Shown: piece after piece, positions 23,112-31,127 of the stretch
Layout: every line of letters starts with the position of its first letter
Numbering within the stretch: the first letter of the stretch is position 1
Assembly: GCA_963785065.1 (NCBI GenBank)
Contig: CAWATX010000001.1
Span: 93,690 to 125,689, forward strand
Reading direction: 5' to 3'
DNA: 32,000 nt
DNA from: an uncultured Alphaproteobacteria bacterium
GTDB lineage: Bacteria > Pseudomonadota > Alphaproteobacteria > Rhizobiales > Kaistiaceae
Translations under genes and position numbers: made by a program
The notes under the pieces: model-generated
Database searches by the model: none
What the model saw: only the letters and a program-made list of their open reading frames with translations
Told to the model about the DNA's origin: nothing

Positions 23112-24454
23112 TGCTGGAACGCCCGCGCTTCATAGAAGTGCGGAGGCTCGCCGACGGCTCGGTCGCGTTCTATTTCCGCGTACCGACATATTATCGCAAG
23201 CTCGGGTGCGAAATTTCCAACGAGCCGTTGGGCACCAACTACGAAGCTGCCTGCGGCGAAAGCGGCAAAGGTGGGCGGGCGGCCACGCTCAATGCCCTGT
23301 TCGATGAATGGAACGGCCAACGCAAGGGCGAGCCCGTCAATCAGGCGCAGATCGCCCGCTATGGCACGATTGATTGGCTGTTCAGGCAATACAAGGCTGA
23401 GAAGGCTTACACGGAGAAAGTCTCGCCACGCTCGCGCCCTGACTACGAGCATATCATGCAGATGATATGTGACACCGTCGGCAAGAGTGGTCGGCGCATC
23501 GGCGAGCGGCTGATCGCAGAGGTTACGCCGCGGGCCGCTGACAAGATCTACGAGAAGATCATCAACGGCCCCAACGGTCTCAGGCTGCGGCAGGGCGAAA
23601 AGGTGGTCGGGCTCTGCCGCAAGGTCTGGCGGATCATGCGCAGGCTGCATCCTGAGCTGTTTGACAAGAAGCACCCCAACCCATGGGATGACTTCACGCT
23701 CAAGAGCCGCACCAAGAGCAAGAAGCACGCTGTGACACGCGAAGAGGTCTACAAATTCGCGTGGGGTTGCATCGCGCAAGGCCGGCCCGAACCGGCGGCA
23801 GTGGCGGTGATCTGCTTTGAGTGGCTGCAGCGCCCCGAGAACGTGGTGGCGGGCTTGCTCACCTGGCCGGACTACCGCGGCAAGAAATGGCCGCATGCCG
23901 TGCGCATCGAGCATCACAAGAACAAAACATTGGTCTGGCATCCGCTCGAGGAGACCGTCGATGGCGAGACCGTCAGGTTCTACGCCGAGGCCGAGGACGT
24001 CCTGAGCCATCTGCCCAGGCTCGGCGTTCCGATGATCATGCGCAAAATCGAGAGGGGGGAGAGCAAGGGCACCGCCAAGGTTTGGTCCTATCCCGGCATG
24101 GAGAAACTCGTGCAGACGTTGCGCAAGAAGGTCGAGGGGGTGTCGGAGCTATTCACACTCGATGCCTGCCGGCACGGCGGCATGACCGAGCTGGAGGAGG
24201 CGGAGCTGACCGAGGGTCAGGGCCGCGCCCTGTCCGGACACAAGACCGCGCAGGCCTACCGCGGCTATGCCAAGGAGACGATGCAACGCGCACTGGCGGC
24301 AACCCGCAAACGGCATGCGCACCTGCTGACGCAAAAGCAGCTGGAAGAACAAATCAGCACAGAGTTTCCAAATGGCGGCCAGAATGAATTTCCAAATGGG
24401 ACACAAAACCAGCGCGAGAACAAACCGGTTTCTGTAACGAATTCAGGGTGTTGA
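23111..24454 (+). CDS. int: Tyrosine recombinase / phage-type integrase.
   Basis: Candidate catalytic residues: R in EWLQRPENV, HHKNK, ACRHGGMTE (H-x-x-R), SGHK, and the Tyr in AYRGYAK. The stop codon at 24452-24454 lies 3 nt from the tRNA-Gln 3-prime end. Confidence 0.88.
   Translation: MLERPRFIEVRRLADGSVAFYFRVPTYYRKLGCEISNEPLGTNYEAACGESGKGGRAATLNALFDEWNGQRKGEPVNQAQIARYGTIDWLFRQYKAEKAYTEKVSPRSRPDYEHIMQMICDTVGKSGRRIGERLIAEVTPRAADKIYEKIINGPNGLRLRQGEKVVGLCRKVWRIMRRLHPELFDKKHPNPWDDFTLKSRTKSKKHAVTREEVYKFAWGCIAQGRPEPAAVAVICFEWLQRPENVVAGLLTWPDYRGKKWPHAVRIEHHKNKTLVWHPLEETVDGETVRFYAEAEDVLSHLPRLGVPMIMRKIERGESKGTAKVWSYPGMEKLVQTLRKKVEGVSELFTLDACRHGGMTELEEAELTEGQGRALSGHKTAQAYRGYAKETMQRALAATRKRHAHLLTQKQLEEQISTEFPNGGQNEFPNGTQNQRENKPVSVTNSGC
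24362..24399 (+). repeat. Tandem direct repeat (24-bp period) at the integrase 3-prime end, GAGTTTCCAAATGG / GAATTTCCAAATGG. These are candidate arm-type recombinase binding sites.
   Basis: Copies lie at 24362-24375 and 24386-24399, matching 13 of 14 in the core and 17 of 24 over a full period. They encode EFPNGGQN/EFPNGTQN in the Int tail, 60-95 bp from the tRNA junction. Confidence 0.45.
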
Positions 24455-24457
24455 GGC

Positions 24458-24532
24458 TGGCTGGGGCGGGAGGAATCGAACCTCCGAATGGCGGAATCAA
24501 AATCCGCTGCCTTACCTCTTGGCTACGCCCCA
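24458..24532 (-). tRNA. tRNA-Gln (anticodon UUG), CCA encoded.
   Basis: The reverse complement is TGGGGCGTAGCCAAGAGGTAAGGCAGCGGATTTTGATTCCGCCATTCGGAGGTTCGATTCCTCCCGCCCCAGCCA. It has a 7-bp acceptor stem, anticodon loop TTTTGAT and a TTCGATT T-loop, and closely resembles E. coli tRNA-Gln. Confidence 0.93.
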
Positions 24533-24686
24533 AAAAGAGCAACCGGCCCGGCAGGTTTCCGTCCGTGGCTCCGTATATAGGCTGGGCCACGCCCCCGCAA
24601 CGCGGGCGAGCCCGCATGCAAATCGCCGTCCGCTGCGGCCTTGCCGCCCCCCGACGGCGACGTTATAAGTCCGCTCCGCCAGGAAC

Positions 24687-24763
24687 CGGAGTGTAGCGCA
24701 GCCTGGTAGCGCACCTGCTTCGGGAGCAGGGGGTCGCAGGTTCGAATCCTGCCACTCCGACCA
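24687..24763 (+). tRNA. tRNA-Pro (anticodon CGG), CCA encoded.
   Basis: CGGAGTGTAGCGCAGCCTGGTAGCGCACCTGCTTCGGGAGCAGGGGGTCGCAGGTTCGAATCCTGCCACTCCGACCA. The anticodon stem is CCTGC/GCAGG and the loop is TTCGGGA. Confidence 0.93.
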
Positions 24764-24847
24764 CCCTTCGCCCGCGGGCAGCCCGTTGAGCCAAGGTGAC
24801 GTCATGTACCGGTTCCGCGCTTGGTCCATCGTGCTTCGCTAGCGCCG

Positions 24848-25762
24848 ATGGCCGAGCTTATCTTCGACCGCGATTTCGATCCCCAATATGGGCGCGCCGT
24901 GCCGGTGGCGCCGGGCGTGCGCCGGGTCACGGCGGCAAATGCCGGCCCCCTCACCTTTGCCGGCACCAACAGCTACATCCTCGGCTCTGGCCGGGTCGCC
25001 ATCATCGACCCCGGCCCCGACGACGAAGCCCACTTCCACGCACTGATGGCGGCGACGGCGGGCGAGACGGTGACCCACATCCTGCTCACCCACACCCACC
25101 GCGACCATTGCGCCGGCGCGGCGCGGCTGGCAGCAGCCACCGGGGCGCCGCGCTATGCCGGCAGGCGCCAGGGCGCCGCGGCGGAAAGCGCGCCCGGGGT
25201 GGACACCGGCATCGATGAGGATTTCGTGCCGGACCAAGTGCTCTCCGACGGGGCGCTGATTGCCGGCGACGACTGGCAGGTGGACGCGATTGCCACGCCC
25301 GGTCATGCCAGCGATCACTTCGTCTTCGCGCTGGCCGGAAGCGATCTCATCTTGTCCGGCGACCACGTCATGGCCTGGTCGACAACCGTGGTGGCGCCGC
25401 CGGAAGGTTCGATGGCGGCCTATATCGCCTCGCTCGATCGGCTGCTGGCGCTCAGCCAGGACACCTATCTGCCCGGCCATGGCGGGCCGGTCGTGCAAGC
25501 GCATGTCTATGTCCGCGCGCTGAAAGCCCATCGGCGAGAGCGCGAAGCGGCGATCCTGGCTTCGCTTGCTGCCGGGGCCGAGACCGTTCCGGCGATCGTC
25601 GCCGGGGTCTATGCGAACCTTGACCCGCGGCTTGCCGGCGCTGCCGGCCTCTCGGTGCTGGCCCATCTGGAAGACCTGATCGCGCGCGGCCGTGTCACTT
25701 CTGACCGCCCGCCGGGATCGGCGGCGCGCTTCCGACTCAGTTACTGCTCGCCGGACTGCTGA
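24848..25762 (+). CDS. MBL-fold metallo-hydrolase.
   Basis: HILLTHTHRDH matches the HxHxDH motif. ATPGHASDH and LPGHG follow. Confidence 0.85.
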   Translation: MAELIFDRDFDPQYGRAVPVAPGVRRVTAANAGPLTFAGTNSYILGSGRVAIIDPGPDDEAHFHALMAATAGETVTHILLTHTHRDHCAGAARLAAATGAPRYAGRRQGAAAESAPGVDTGIDEDFVPDQVLSDGALIAGDDWQVDAIATPGHASDHFVFALAGSDLILSGDHVMAWSTTVVAPPEGSMAAYIASLDRLLALSQDTYLPGHGGPVVQAHVYVRALKAHRREREAAILASLAAGAETVPAIVAGVYANLDPRLAGAAGLSVLAHLEDLIARGRVTSDRPPGSAARFRLSYCSPDC

Positions 25763-26597
25763 CCCCCTGCAAGGCGGCATCGAGGTCGTGGAAGAAGGCG
25801 CGGATGCGATCGGCGTCGGCACCGAGATCGTGGGCGGCGTTGCGCGCCGCCGAGCGCATGTCGACCAGGGCGCCGTCGCCGTCGGGAACGATGCGGATGA
25901 CGACGTCCTGGCGGAAGCCGAAGACGAGCGTGGTGGCGACCGCTTCGATATGGGCGGTCTCGTCGGTGTCCGATGGCGGGCGGGTTTCCAGGATGCGCCA
26001 GTGGCGGTCGTCGACGATGGACTTGGCCTCGTCGTAGACGCGCGCGGTCGACACCGGGTAGTGGCGCGGGACGATGTCGGGATAGGCGTCGCGCTGTGCG
26101 GCGATGTCGTCGTCGGCCGGGTCGGCGATTGTCTGGTCGTCGGCCGCCCGGTCGGCCTGGGCCCGCTCGAACTGCGGCGGGTCCTCGGGATCGGTGGAAA
26201 TGTCGATCAGGCGGGGCAGGGTGACCACCTTCCAGGCGCCGAACGCCGGCAGAACCAGCACCAGGAGCCCGACGATCAGACCGCGGGCGGCAGCACCGGC
26301 GCCCTTGCGCCCGTCGCGCCAGATGCCGGTGAAGGCGGCAAGCGCCATGATGACCGCGAGCGCGGCAAGCGAAAAGCCGAGCGCCATCACCGCATAGGTC
26401 GGCGTTGCCGCCAGCATGCCCGAGCGGTGGCCGATGGCCGCAATGATGAGGACGGGAATCGACAGCGCTGCCAGGCGGGCGCTTGCCGCCGCCAGCTTCG
26501 AGCGCCGCTCGCCAAGTTGCGAGATCACGCCGGTCTCGCGAGAACGCGGCAGGGGCGGACGAGCACGGTGAACCTCCTCCAAATCGGGCGGCGTCAT
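25737..26597 (-). CDS. DUF1499-domain membrane protein.
   Basis: N-terminal TM helices are followed by ...DDRHWRILETRPP...VATTLVFGFRQDVVIRIVPDGDGALVDMRSAARNAAHDLGADADRIRAFFHDL. The start is uncertain; an internal GTG is possible. Confidence 0.7.
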   Translation of the reverse strand: MTPPDLEEVHRARPPLPRSRETGVISQLGERRSKLAAASARLAALSIPVLIIAAIGHRSGMLAATPTYAVMALGFSLAALAVIMALAAFTGIWRDGRKGAGAAARGLIVGLLVLVLPAFGAWKVVTLPRLIDISTDPEDPPQFERAQADRAADDQTIADPADDDIAAQRDAYPDIVPRHYPVSTARVYDEAKSIVDDRHWRILETRPPSDTDETAHIEAVATTLVFGFRQDVVIRIVPDGDGALVDMRSAARNAAHDLGADADRIRAFFHDLDAALQGVSSPASSN

Positions 26598-26850
26598 TCA
26601 AGGCGAGAACCCGCACGACTGTCCAGACGGCGACGGCCGGGCGGGCGGATATTTCGCGCCGAAGGGCGTGTGGGGCACGAAATCGGCGAGATTGAGAAGC
26701 CGGGGAAGCCGGGCCCGCCACGTCGGACAGGGATCGGCCGCCCCCTCTTCCTTTTCCAAAGCCGCGACCATCAGCCTTCGACGCCATCGGCCGCTGTCGT
26801 TATCGCGGCCGAAGGCGACCGGAATCTGGGCCAGTCACTATACTTTTCAG

Positions 26851-27033
26851 GTGCGTGGCGCCGGCATCGGCATATTATTCGCAATCGTTTCGGGGATTCT
26901 GGTGCTGGCTTTCGGCCTCGGAATCGTCCTCCTGATCCTCACCGCGGTCTGGTGGATCGTGCGTGCGATCAGGGGGCTGATGGCCGCCAGCCGGACGGAG
27001 CCGGTGCCCGACCCCCGGACGTGGCGTTGGTGA
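26851..27033 (+). CDS. Possible small hydrophobic membrane protein (60 aa).
   Basis: A GTG start gives VRGAGIGILFAIVSGILVLAFGLGIVLLILTAVWWIVRAIRGL.... Third codon positions are strongly G/C. There is no clear SD, and the upstream part of the 121-aa track ORF does not look protein-like. Confidence 0.3.
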   Translation: MRGAGIGILFAIVSGILVLAFGLGIVLLILTAVWWIVRAIRGLMAASRTEPVPDPRTWRW

Positions 27034-27179
27034 GGCATGATCCTTGTCAATGCCGGCGGGGTAGCGATTCGGTAACACGCCGGTGCCAACATGGATTTGC
27101 CGCAATCGGTGTCCACAGACGCGACCCCGGCGGCAGGTGCCACTGGGTGGCAATGACTTAGGACTGACGAGACACTCCC

Positions 27180-27359
27180 GTGAAGAGCAACAAGGAATTC
27201 GTCGAACTGCGACCGTTCCGGTCCCGGGCCGACGACGCACTCGAGCACTCGCTCGAAGCCAAGTACCGCCGGATCGCCATTCCGGAACTGGCGGAGATTG
27301 TTCAGCAGCAGCAGCAGTCGGGCGACACGTCGACGAACGACGATAAACAGCTGCACTGA
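27180..27359 (+). CDS. Possible small hydrophilic protein (59 aa), hypothetical.
   Basis: It is absent from the ORF track. A GTG start gives KSNKEFVELRPFRSRADDALEHSLEAKYRRIAIPELAEIVQQQQQSGDTSTNDDKQLH. Third positions are about 80 percent G/C and the composition is protein-like. Confidence 0.35.
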   Translation: MKSNKEFVELRPFRSRADDALEHSLEAKYRRIAIPELAEIVQQQQQSGDTSTNDDKQLH

Positions 27360-27444
27360 TCCCTCAGCGCAGCGTTCCACGCCCCGCCGACGCGGCGAAG
27401 GGCGAGGATCGGCCTCATCACCCCGATCAGCGTGACGAGGACTG

Positions 27445-27481
27445 CCGGGTGTTTCACCCGGCAAGGTCGGGTGTTGCCGGG
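27445..27481. terminator. Two overlapping GC-rich hairpins between convergent genes (candidate bidirectional terminator).
   Basis: Hairpin 1 is CCGGGTG-TTT-CACCCGG (27445-27461). Hairpin 2 is CCCGGCAA-N9-TTGCCGGG (27457-27481). They share CCCGG and are therefore mutually exclusive. No U-tract follows. Confidence 0.3.
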
Positions 27482-27502
27482 CGGGCGCCGTGGCGCCGAC
27501 AA

Positions 27503-28120
27503 TCACAGCGCCGGGGTTTTTGGCGCGCCGTAGCGCAGCCCATCGACAAGCAGGGCGACCATGCGCCGCCCGTAGGCGGGATCGTCGCCCGCCGGGGCGC
27601 TGAGGCTGGCGACGGCATAGAGAAGATCGTTGGGCTCCACCCCTGAGCGCACGGCGCCCGCAGCGGCGGCCGCGTCGAGCAGCCCGCGCAGCGCGGGCGT
27701 CAATCGCCTTTCGAATTGCCCCGGCAGGGCGTCGTATGCGGGATCGCCGGAATGCAGCGCCGCAGCCAGCCCGCGCTTCGTGGCGATGAAATCCATGTAG
27801 CGCTCCATCCACCGCGCCAGGGCCTCGCCGGGCGCGAATTCGGCCGCGAGCGCAGGCGCGGCGTCGGCGCAGGCATCGAGCTCGCGCCGGAAGACCGCTG
27901 CGATCAGGTCCGAGCGCTGCGGAAAGTGGCGGTAGACCGTGCCGACACCCACCGCGGCCTTCTCGGCGATCTCGCGCACCGGCGCATCGACACCTGAGGT
28001 CGCGAACACCGCTTTGGCGGCCTGGAGAAGCGCATCAAGATTGCGCTGCGCGTCGGCGCGCACGTGGCGATGTGTGCCGCCGCCGGCTTCCTCCCTCTTC
28101 CCTTTCCTGACGTCGCTCAT
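27503..28120 (-). CDS. TetR/AcrR-family transcriptional regulator.
   Basis: The HTH region reads RNLDALLQAAKAVFATSGVDAPVREIAEKAAVGVGTVYRHFPQRSDL. The start MSDVRKGK at 28120 is preferred over the track start at 28153. Confidence 0.88.
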   Translation of the reverse strand: MSDVRKGKREEAGGGTHRHVRADAQRNLDALLQAAKAVFATSGVDAPVREIAEKAAVGVGTVYRHFPQRSDLIAAVFRRELDACADAAPALAAEFAPGEALARWMERYMDFIATKRGLAAALHSGDPAYDALPGQFERRLTPALRGLLDAAAAAGAVRSGVEPNDLLYAVASLSAPAGDDPAYGRRMVALLVDGLRYGAPKTPAL

Positions 28121-28136
28121 CCTTCCACCTTGAAAA

Positions 28137-28173
28137 ATGGAACATCGTTCCATATAAACAGGAACAATGTTCC
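28137..28173. promoter_or_regulatory. Two palindromic operators in the TetR/SDR divergent intergenic region.
   Basis: ATGGAAC-ATC-GTTCCAT (28137-28153) and GGAAC-AAT-GTTCC (28161-28173). Both arm pairs are perfect. Confidence 0.6.
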
Positions 28174-28238
28174 GGTTAGATACGGTTTAGCGCAGCCGGA
28201 CGGTCTTTGCCACATCGATACTGAGAAGGAGATGTCCA

Positions 28239-29000
28239 ATGCCGGACAAGCCCGTCGCCCTCGTCACCGGGGCCAATCAGGGAATCGGATTTCAGATCGC
28301 CAAGGATCTCGTCGGGCACGGCTTCATCGTGCTGGTTGGCTCGCGCGACTTCGCCAAGGGCGAGACGGCCGCCGAGAGCATCGGAGCCGATGCCCACGCG
28401 CTCCAGCTCGACGTCACCGACCAGGCCTCGATCGCTGCGGCAGCGGAGCGTGTCCGCAGCGAATTCGGCCGGCTCGACGTGCTCATCCAGAACGCGGCCA
28501 TTTCGAACACGGGCAAGCGTCCACCAGGCCGGACCGTCGAGGAGTATGCGAAGGCGACGCGTCCCAGCAACGTGTCCCTCGCTGAGACGCGCGCGGTGTG
28601 GGACACCAACGTCTTCGGTGTGCTGGCCGTCTACCAGGCGATGCTGCCGCTGCTGCGCGCAACGCCGAATGCCCGCATCGTCAACGTGTCGAGCGGGGTC
28701 GGTTCGCTGACGCGCAACGCGGACCCGTCCTTCCCCTACCGGGCCATCTTCGGCCCCGTCTATCCTGCCTCCAAGACGGCGCTCAACGCGCTGACGCTCG
28801 CCATGGCGATCGAGCTGGAGCCGGAGGGCATCAGGGTCAACGCCGTTTCCCCGGGCTTCACCAAGACCAATCTCAACAACTATCAGGGCACCGAGACGCT
28901 CGAAGAGGGCGCCCGCGAAGCGGTGCGTGTGGCACTCCTCGGAGCGGACGGCCCGACCGGAACATTCACGCGCTGGGAAAACGAGACGGTTCCGTGGTGA
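28239..29000 (+). CDS. SDR-family oxidoreductase (classical short-chain dehydrogenase).
   Basis: TGANQGIGFQIA matches TGxxxGIG, with NAAI and YPASK (YxxxK). SD AAGGAG lies upstream. Confidence 0.9.
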   Translation: MPDKPVALVTGANQGIGFQIAKDLVGHGFIVLVGSRDFAKGETAAESIGADAHALQLDVTDQASIAAAAERVRSEFGRLDVLIQNAAISNTGKRPPGRTVEEYAKATRPSNVSLAETRAVWDTNVFGVLAVYQAMLPLLRATPNARIVNVSSGVGSLTRNADPSFPYRAIFGPVYPASKTALNALTLAMAIELEPEGIRVNAVSPGFTKTNLNNYQGTETLEEGAREAVRVALLGADGPTGTFTRWENETVPW

Positions 29001-29083
29001 GACCGGCCACGCAACGGCCGGACGACCGTCCCGTCCAGTCCCCCCTCTCCGCCCATCACCCCTGACAGACAAGGCCCCGCATC

Positions 29084-30076
29084 ATGACTCACAGGCAGCA
29101 CCCGATCGGTACCGGATTCACCCCAGCCTCGACGGCTGACGACGTTCTGGCCGGCATCGACCTCACCGGCCGCAATGCCGTCGTCACCGGCGGACACGCC
29201 GGAATCGGCCTCGAGGTCACCCGCGCGCTCAGCAAGGCCGGCGCCTCGGTGACCGTGGGGGCACGCGACCCGGCGCGCGCCGCCCGCTCGCTGGGGCGAA
29301 TCGAGCGCGTCGACGTCGACCGGCTGGACCTCATGGACCCCGCCTCGATCGACGCCTTCGCCGGACGCTGGCTTGAAGACGGGCGTCCGCTCCACATGCT
29401 GATCAACTGCGCCGGCGTGCCGGCACCCCGCGATCGGCTTGTCGATGCGCGGGGTTACGAAGCGCAGTTCGCGACCAACCATCTTGGCCACTTCCAGCTG
29501 ACCCTCGCTCTGTTGCCGGCGCTCCGCGCCGCTCATGGAGCGCGGGTGGTCACCGTGTCGTCCGGCGCCCAGCGGTTTTCGGACATCCGCTGGAATGACC
29601 CGCACTTCACCGAGGGCTACGATTCCGGCCGCGCCTATGCCCAGTCGAAGACCGCCAACGTGCTCTTCTCCGTCGAACTGGACCGCCGCTGGGCGGCCGA
29701 CGGCATCCGCGGCTATGCCGTGCATCCCGGCGTCGTCGTCGGCACGGCTCTCAACAGCTCGGCCGGCGAAGAGGCCCTGCGGAGAATGGGTCTGATCGAC
29801 GAATCGGGCCGGCCGATCATCGATCCCGAGCACGGCAAGAAGACCCCGCAGCAGGGGGCGAGCACCATCGTGTTCGCCGCCACCAGCCAGCTGTTGGCGG
29901 ATATCGGCGGCGTCTACCTCAAGGACAACGACATCTCGGCGCTCGACGACGAAGACAGGCCGATGAGCGCTGACGGCCCCCCGGCCGAGGTCAAGTCCCA
30001 CTCCATCGACCCGCAATCCGCCCGGCGACTGTGGGAGATGAGCGAGCAGATGCTCGCTTCCCCGGCCAACGCGTGA
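29084..30076 (+). CDS. SDR-family oxidoreductase (retinol-dehydrogenase / WWOX-like subgroup).
   Basis: VVTGGHAGIGLEV, NCAG, YAQSKTANVLF, and HPGVV. Confidence 0.88.
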   Translation: MTHRQHPIGTGFTPASTADDVLAGIDLTGRNAVVTGGHAGIGLEVTRALSKAGASVTVGARDPARAARSLGRIERVDVDRLDLMDPASIDAFAGRWLEDGRPLHMLINCAGVPAPRDRLVDARGYEAQFATNHLGHFQLTLALLPALRAAHGARVVTVSSGAQRFSDIRWNDPHFTEGYDSGRAYAQSKTANVLFSVELDRRWAADGIRGYAVHPGVVVGTALNSSAGEEALRRMGLIDESGRPIIDPEHGKKTPQQGASTIVFAATSQLLADIGGVYLKDNDISALDDEDRPMSADGPPAEVKSHSIDPQSARRLWEMSEQMLASPANA

Positions 30077-30096
30077 CGACCGGAAAGGTGACAGCC

Positions 30097-31125
30097 ATGC
30101 AGTACAGAACCCTCGGGCGAACCGGCATCAAGGTCAGCCCCTATTGCCTTGGCGCCATGATGTTCGGCGCCCAAGGCAACCCGGACCATGACGACGCGAT
30201 CCGCATCATCCACAAGGCGCTGGACGCCGGCATCAACTTCATCGACACAGCCGATTTCTACAGCCACGGCGAGTCGGAAGAGATCGTCGGCAAAGCGCTC
30301 AAGGGCCGGCGCGACAGCGTCGTGCTCGCCACCAAGGCGCACCTGCCGATGAGTGATGATCCGAACAGCCAAGGCAACTCGCGGCGATGGCTCTTGCGGG
30401 CGGTCGACGACTCGCTGCGCCGCCTGCAGACGGACCATATCGACCTCTACCAGATCCACCGCCCTGCCCCCGACACCGACATCGAGGAGACGCTCTCCGC
30501 CCTCACCGATCTCATGCGCGCGGGCAAGGTCCGCGCCATCGGCTCGTCGACCTTCCCGCCTTCCGAGATCGTCGAGGCGCAGTGGGTGGCGGAGAAGCGC
30601 GGGCTGGCGCGCTTCCGCTCGGAACAGCCGCCCTACTCGATCCTCAACCGCGGCATCGAGCGTGAAGTGCTGCCGATCGCCGAGCGCTACGGCATGGGCG
30701 TGCTGGTGTGGAGCCCGCTGGCGATGGGCCTGCTTACCGGCCGCTACCGCAAGGGGCAGCCGCTGCCCGACGGGCTCAGGATGCAGTATTTCCCCGAGCA
30801 GATGTCAGACGAGCGCAGGCTGGATGCGGTCGAGCGACTGATCCCGCTGGCCGAGGAGGCGGGCCTGTCGCTCACCCACATGGCCATGGCCTTCGTCATC
30901 GCCCATCCCGGCGTCACCTCGGCGATCCTCGGCCCACGCACGATGGCGCATTTCGACGACCTGCTGGCCGGCGCCGAAGTGCGCCTCACCGATGACATCC
31001 TCGACCGGATCGACGCGATCGTTCCGCCCGGCACCGAGGCCGGACCGATGCTGAACTACGACCCGCCGGCAATCGTGAACGCCGTCCTGCGCCGTCGTCC
31101 GCCCGCCGAGCGCACCGCCGCCTGA
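30097..31125 (+). CDS. Aldo/keto reductase.
   Basis: MQYRTLGRTGIKVSPYCLGAMMFG...INFIDTADFYSHGESEEIVGKAL...HIDLYQIHRP. Confidence 0.9.
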   Translation: MQYRTLGRTGIKVSPYCLGAMMFGAQGNPDHDDAIRIIHKALDAGINFIDTADFYSHGESEEIVGKALKGRRDSVVLATKAHLPMSDDPNSQGNSRRWLLRAVDDSLRRLQTDHIDLYQIHRPAPDTDIEETLSALTDLMRAGKVRAIGSSTFPPSEIVEAQWVAEKRGLARFRSEQPPYSILNRGIEREVLPIAERYGMGVLVWSPLAMGLLTGRYRKGQPLPDGLRMQYFPEQMSDERRLDAVERLIPLAEEAGLSLTHMAMAFVIAHPGVTSAILGPRTMAHFDDLLAGAEVRLTDDILDRIDAIVPPGTEAGPMLNYDPPAIVNAVLRRRPPAERTAA

Positions 31126-31127
31126 AG

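Larger units (their letters stand above)
1..24457. mobile_element. Right-hand portion of an integrated conjugative element or genomic island inserted at the 3-prime end of tRNA-Gln. The left boundary is not identifiable and probably lies outside the window.
   Basis: A tyrosine integrase and Xis-like gene abut the tRNA-Gln 3-prime end. The region also holds a full trb T4SS operon, a second (serine) recombinase, AbiE, and metal-resistance cargo. By eye the 15.7-24.4 kb part is more AT-rich than the flank right of the tRNAs. No second copy of the tRNA-Gln 3-prime end was found in the window. Confidence 0.6.

Noticed and set aside
22817-24010. A 397-aa minus-strand ORF antisense to the integrase.
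   Set aside because: It fully overlaps the integrase, whose catalytic motifs are clear. Its composition is typical of an antisense GC-rich frame.
24533-24686. The spacer between the divergent tRNA-Gln and tRNA-Pro genes, checked for a third tRNA, an att remnant or a small RNA.
   Set aside because: It has no cloverleaf-compatible segment and no repeat of either tRNA end. The AT-rich TATATA and TATAAG motifs are best explained as the two tRNA promoters.
25692-27161. A 489-aa plus-strand ORF. Related spurious ORFs are 25741-26787 (minus) and 26847-27812 (minus).
   Set aside because: They are extremely Arg/Gly-rich with no domain-like segments. They overlap the DUF1499 and TetR genes, which have credible sequences.
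28176-30016. Long minus-strand ORFs (28176-29072 and 28883-30016) antisense to the two SDR genes.
   Set aside because: These are shadow frames. The plus-strand genes carry the TGxxxGxG and YxxxK SDR motifs.
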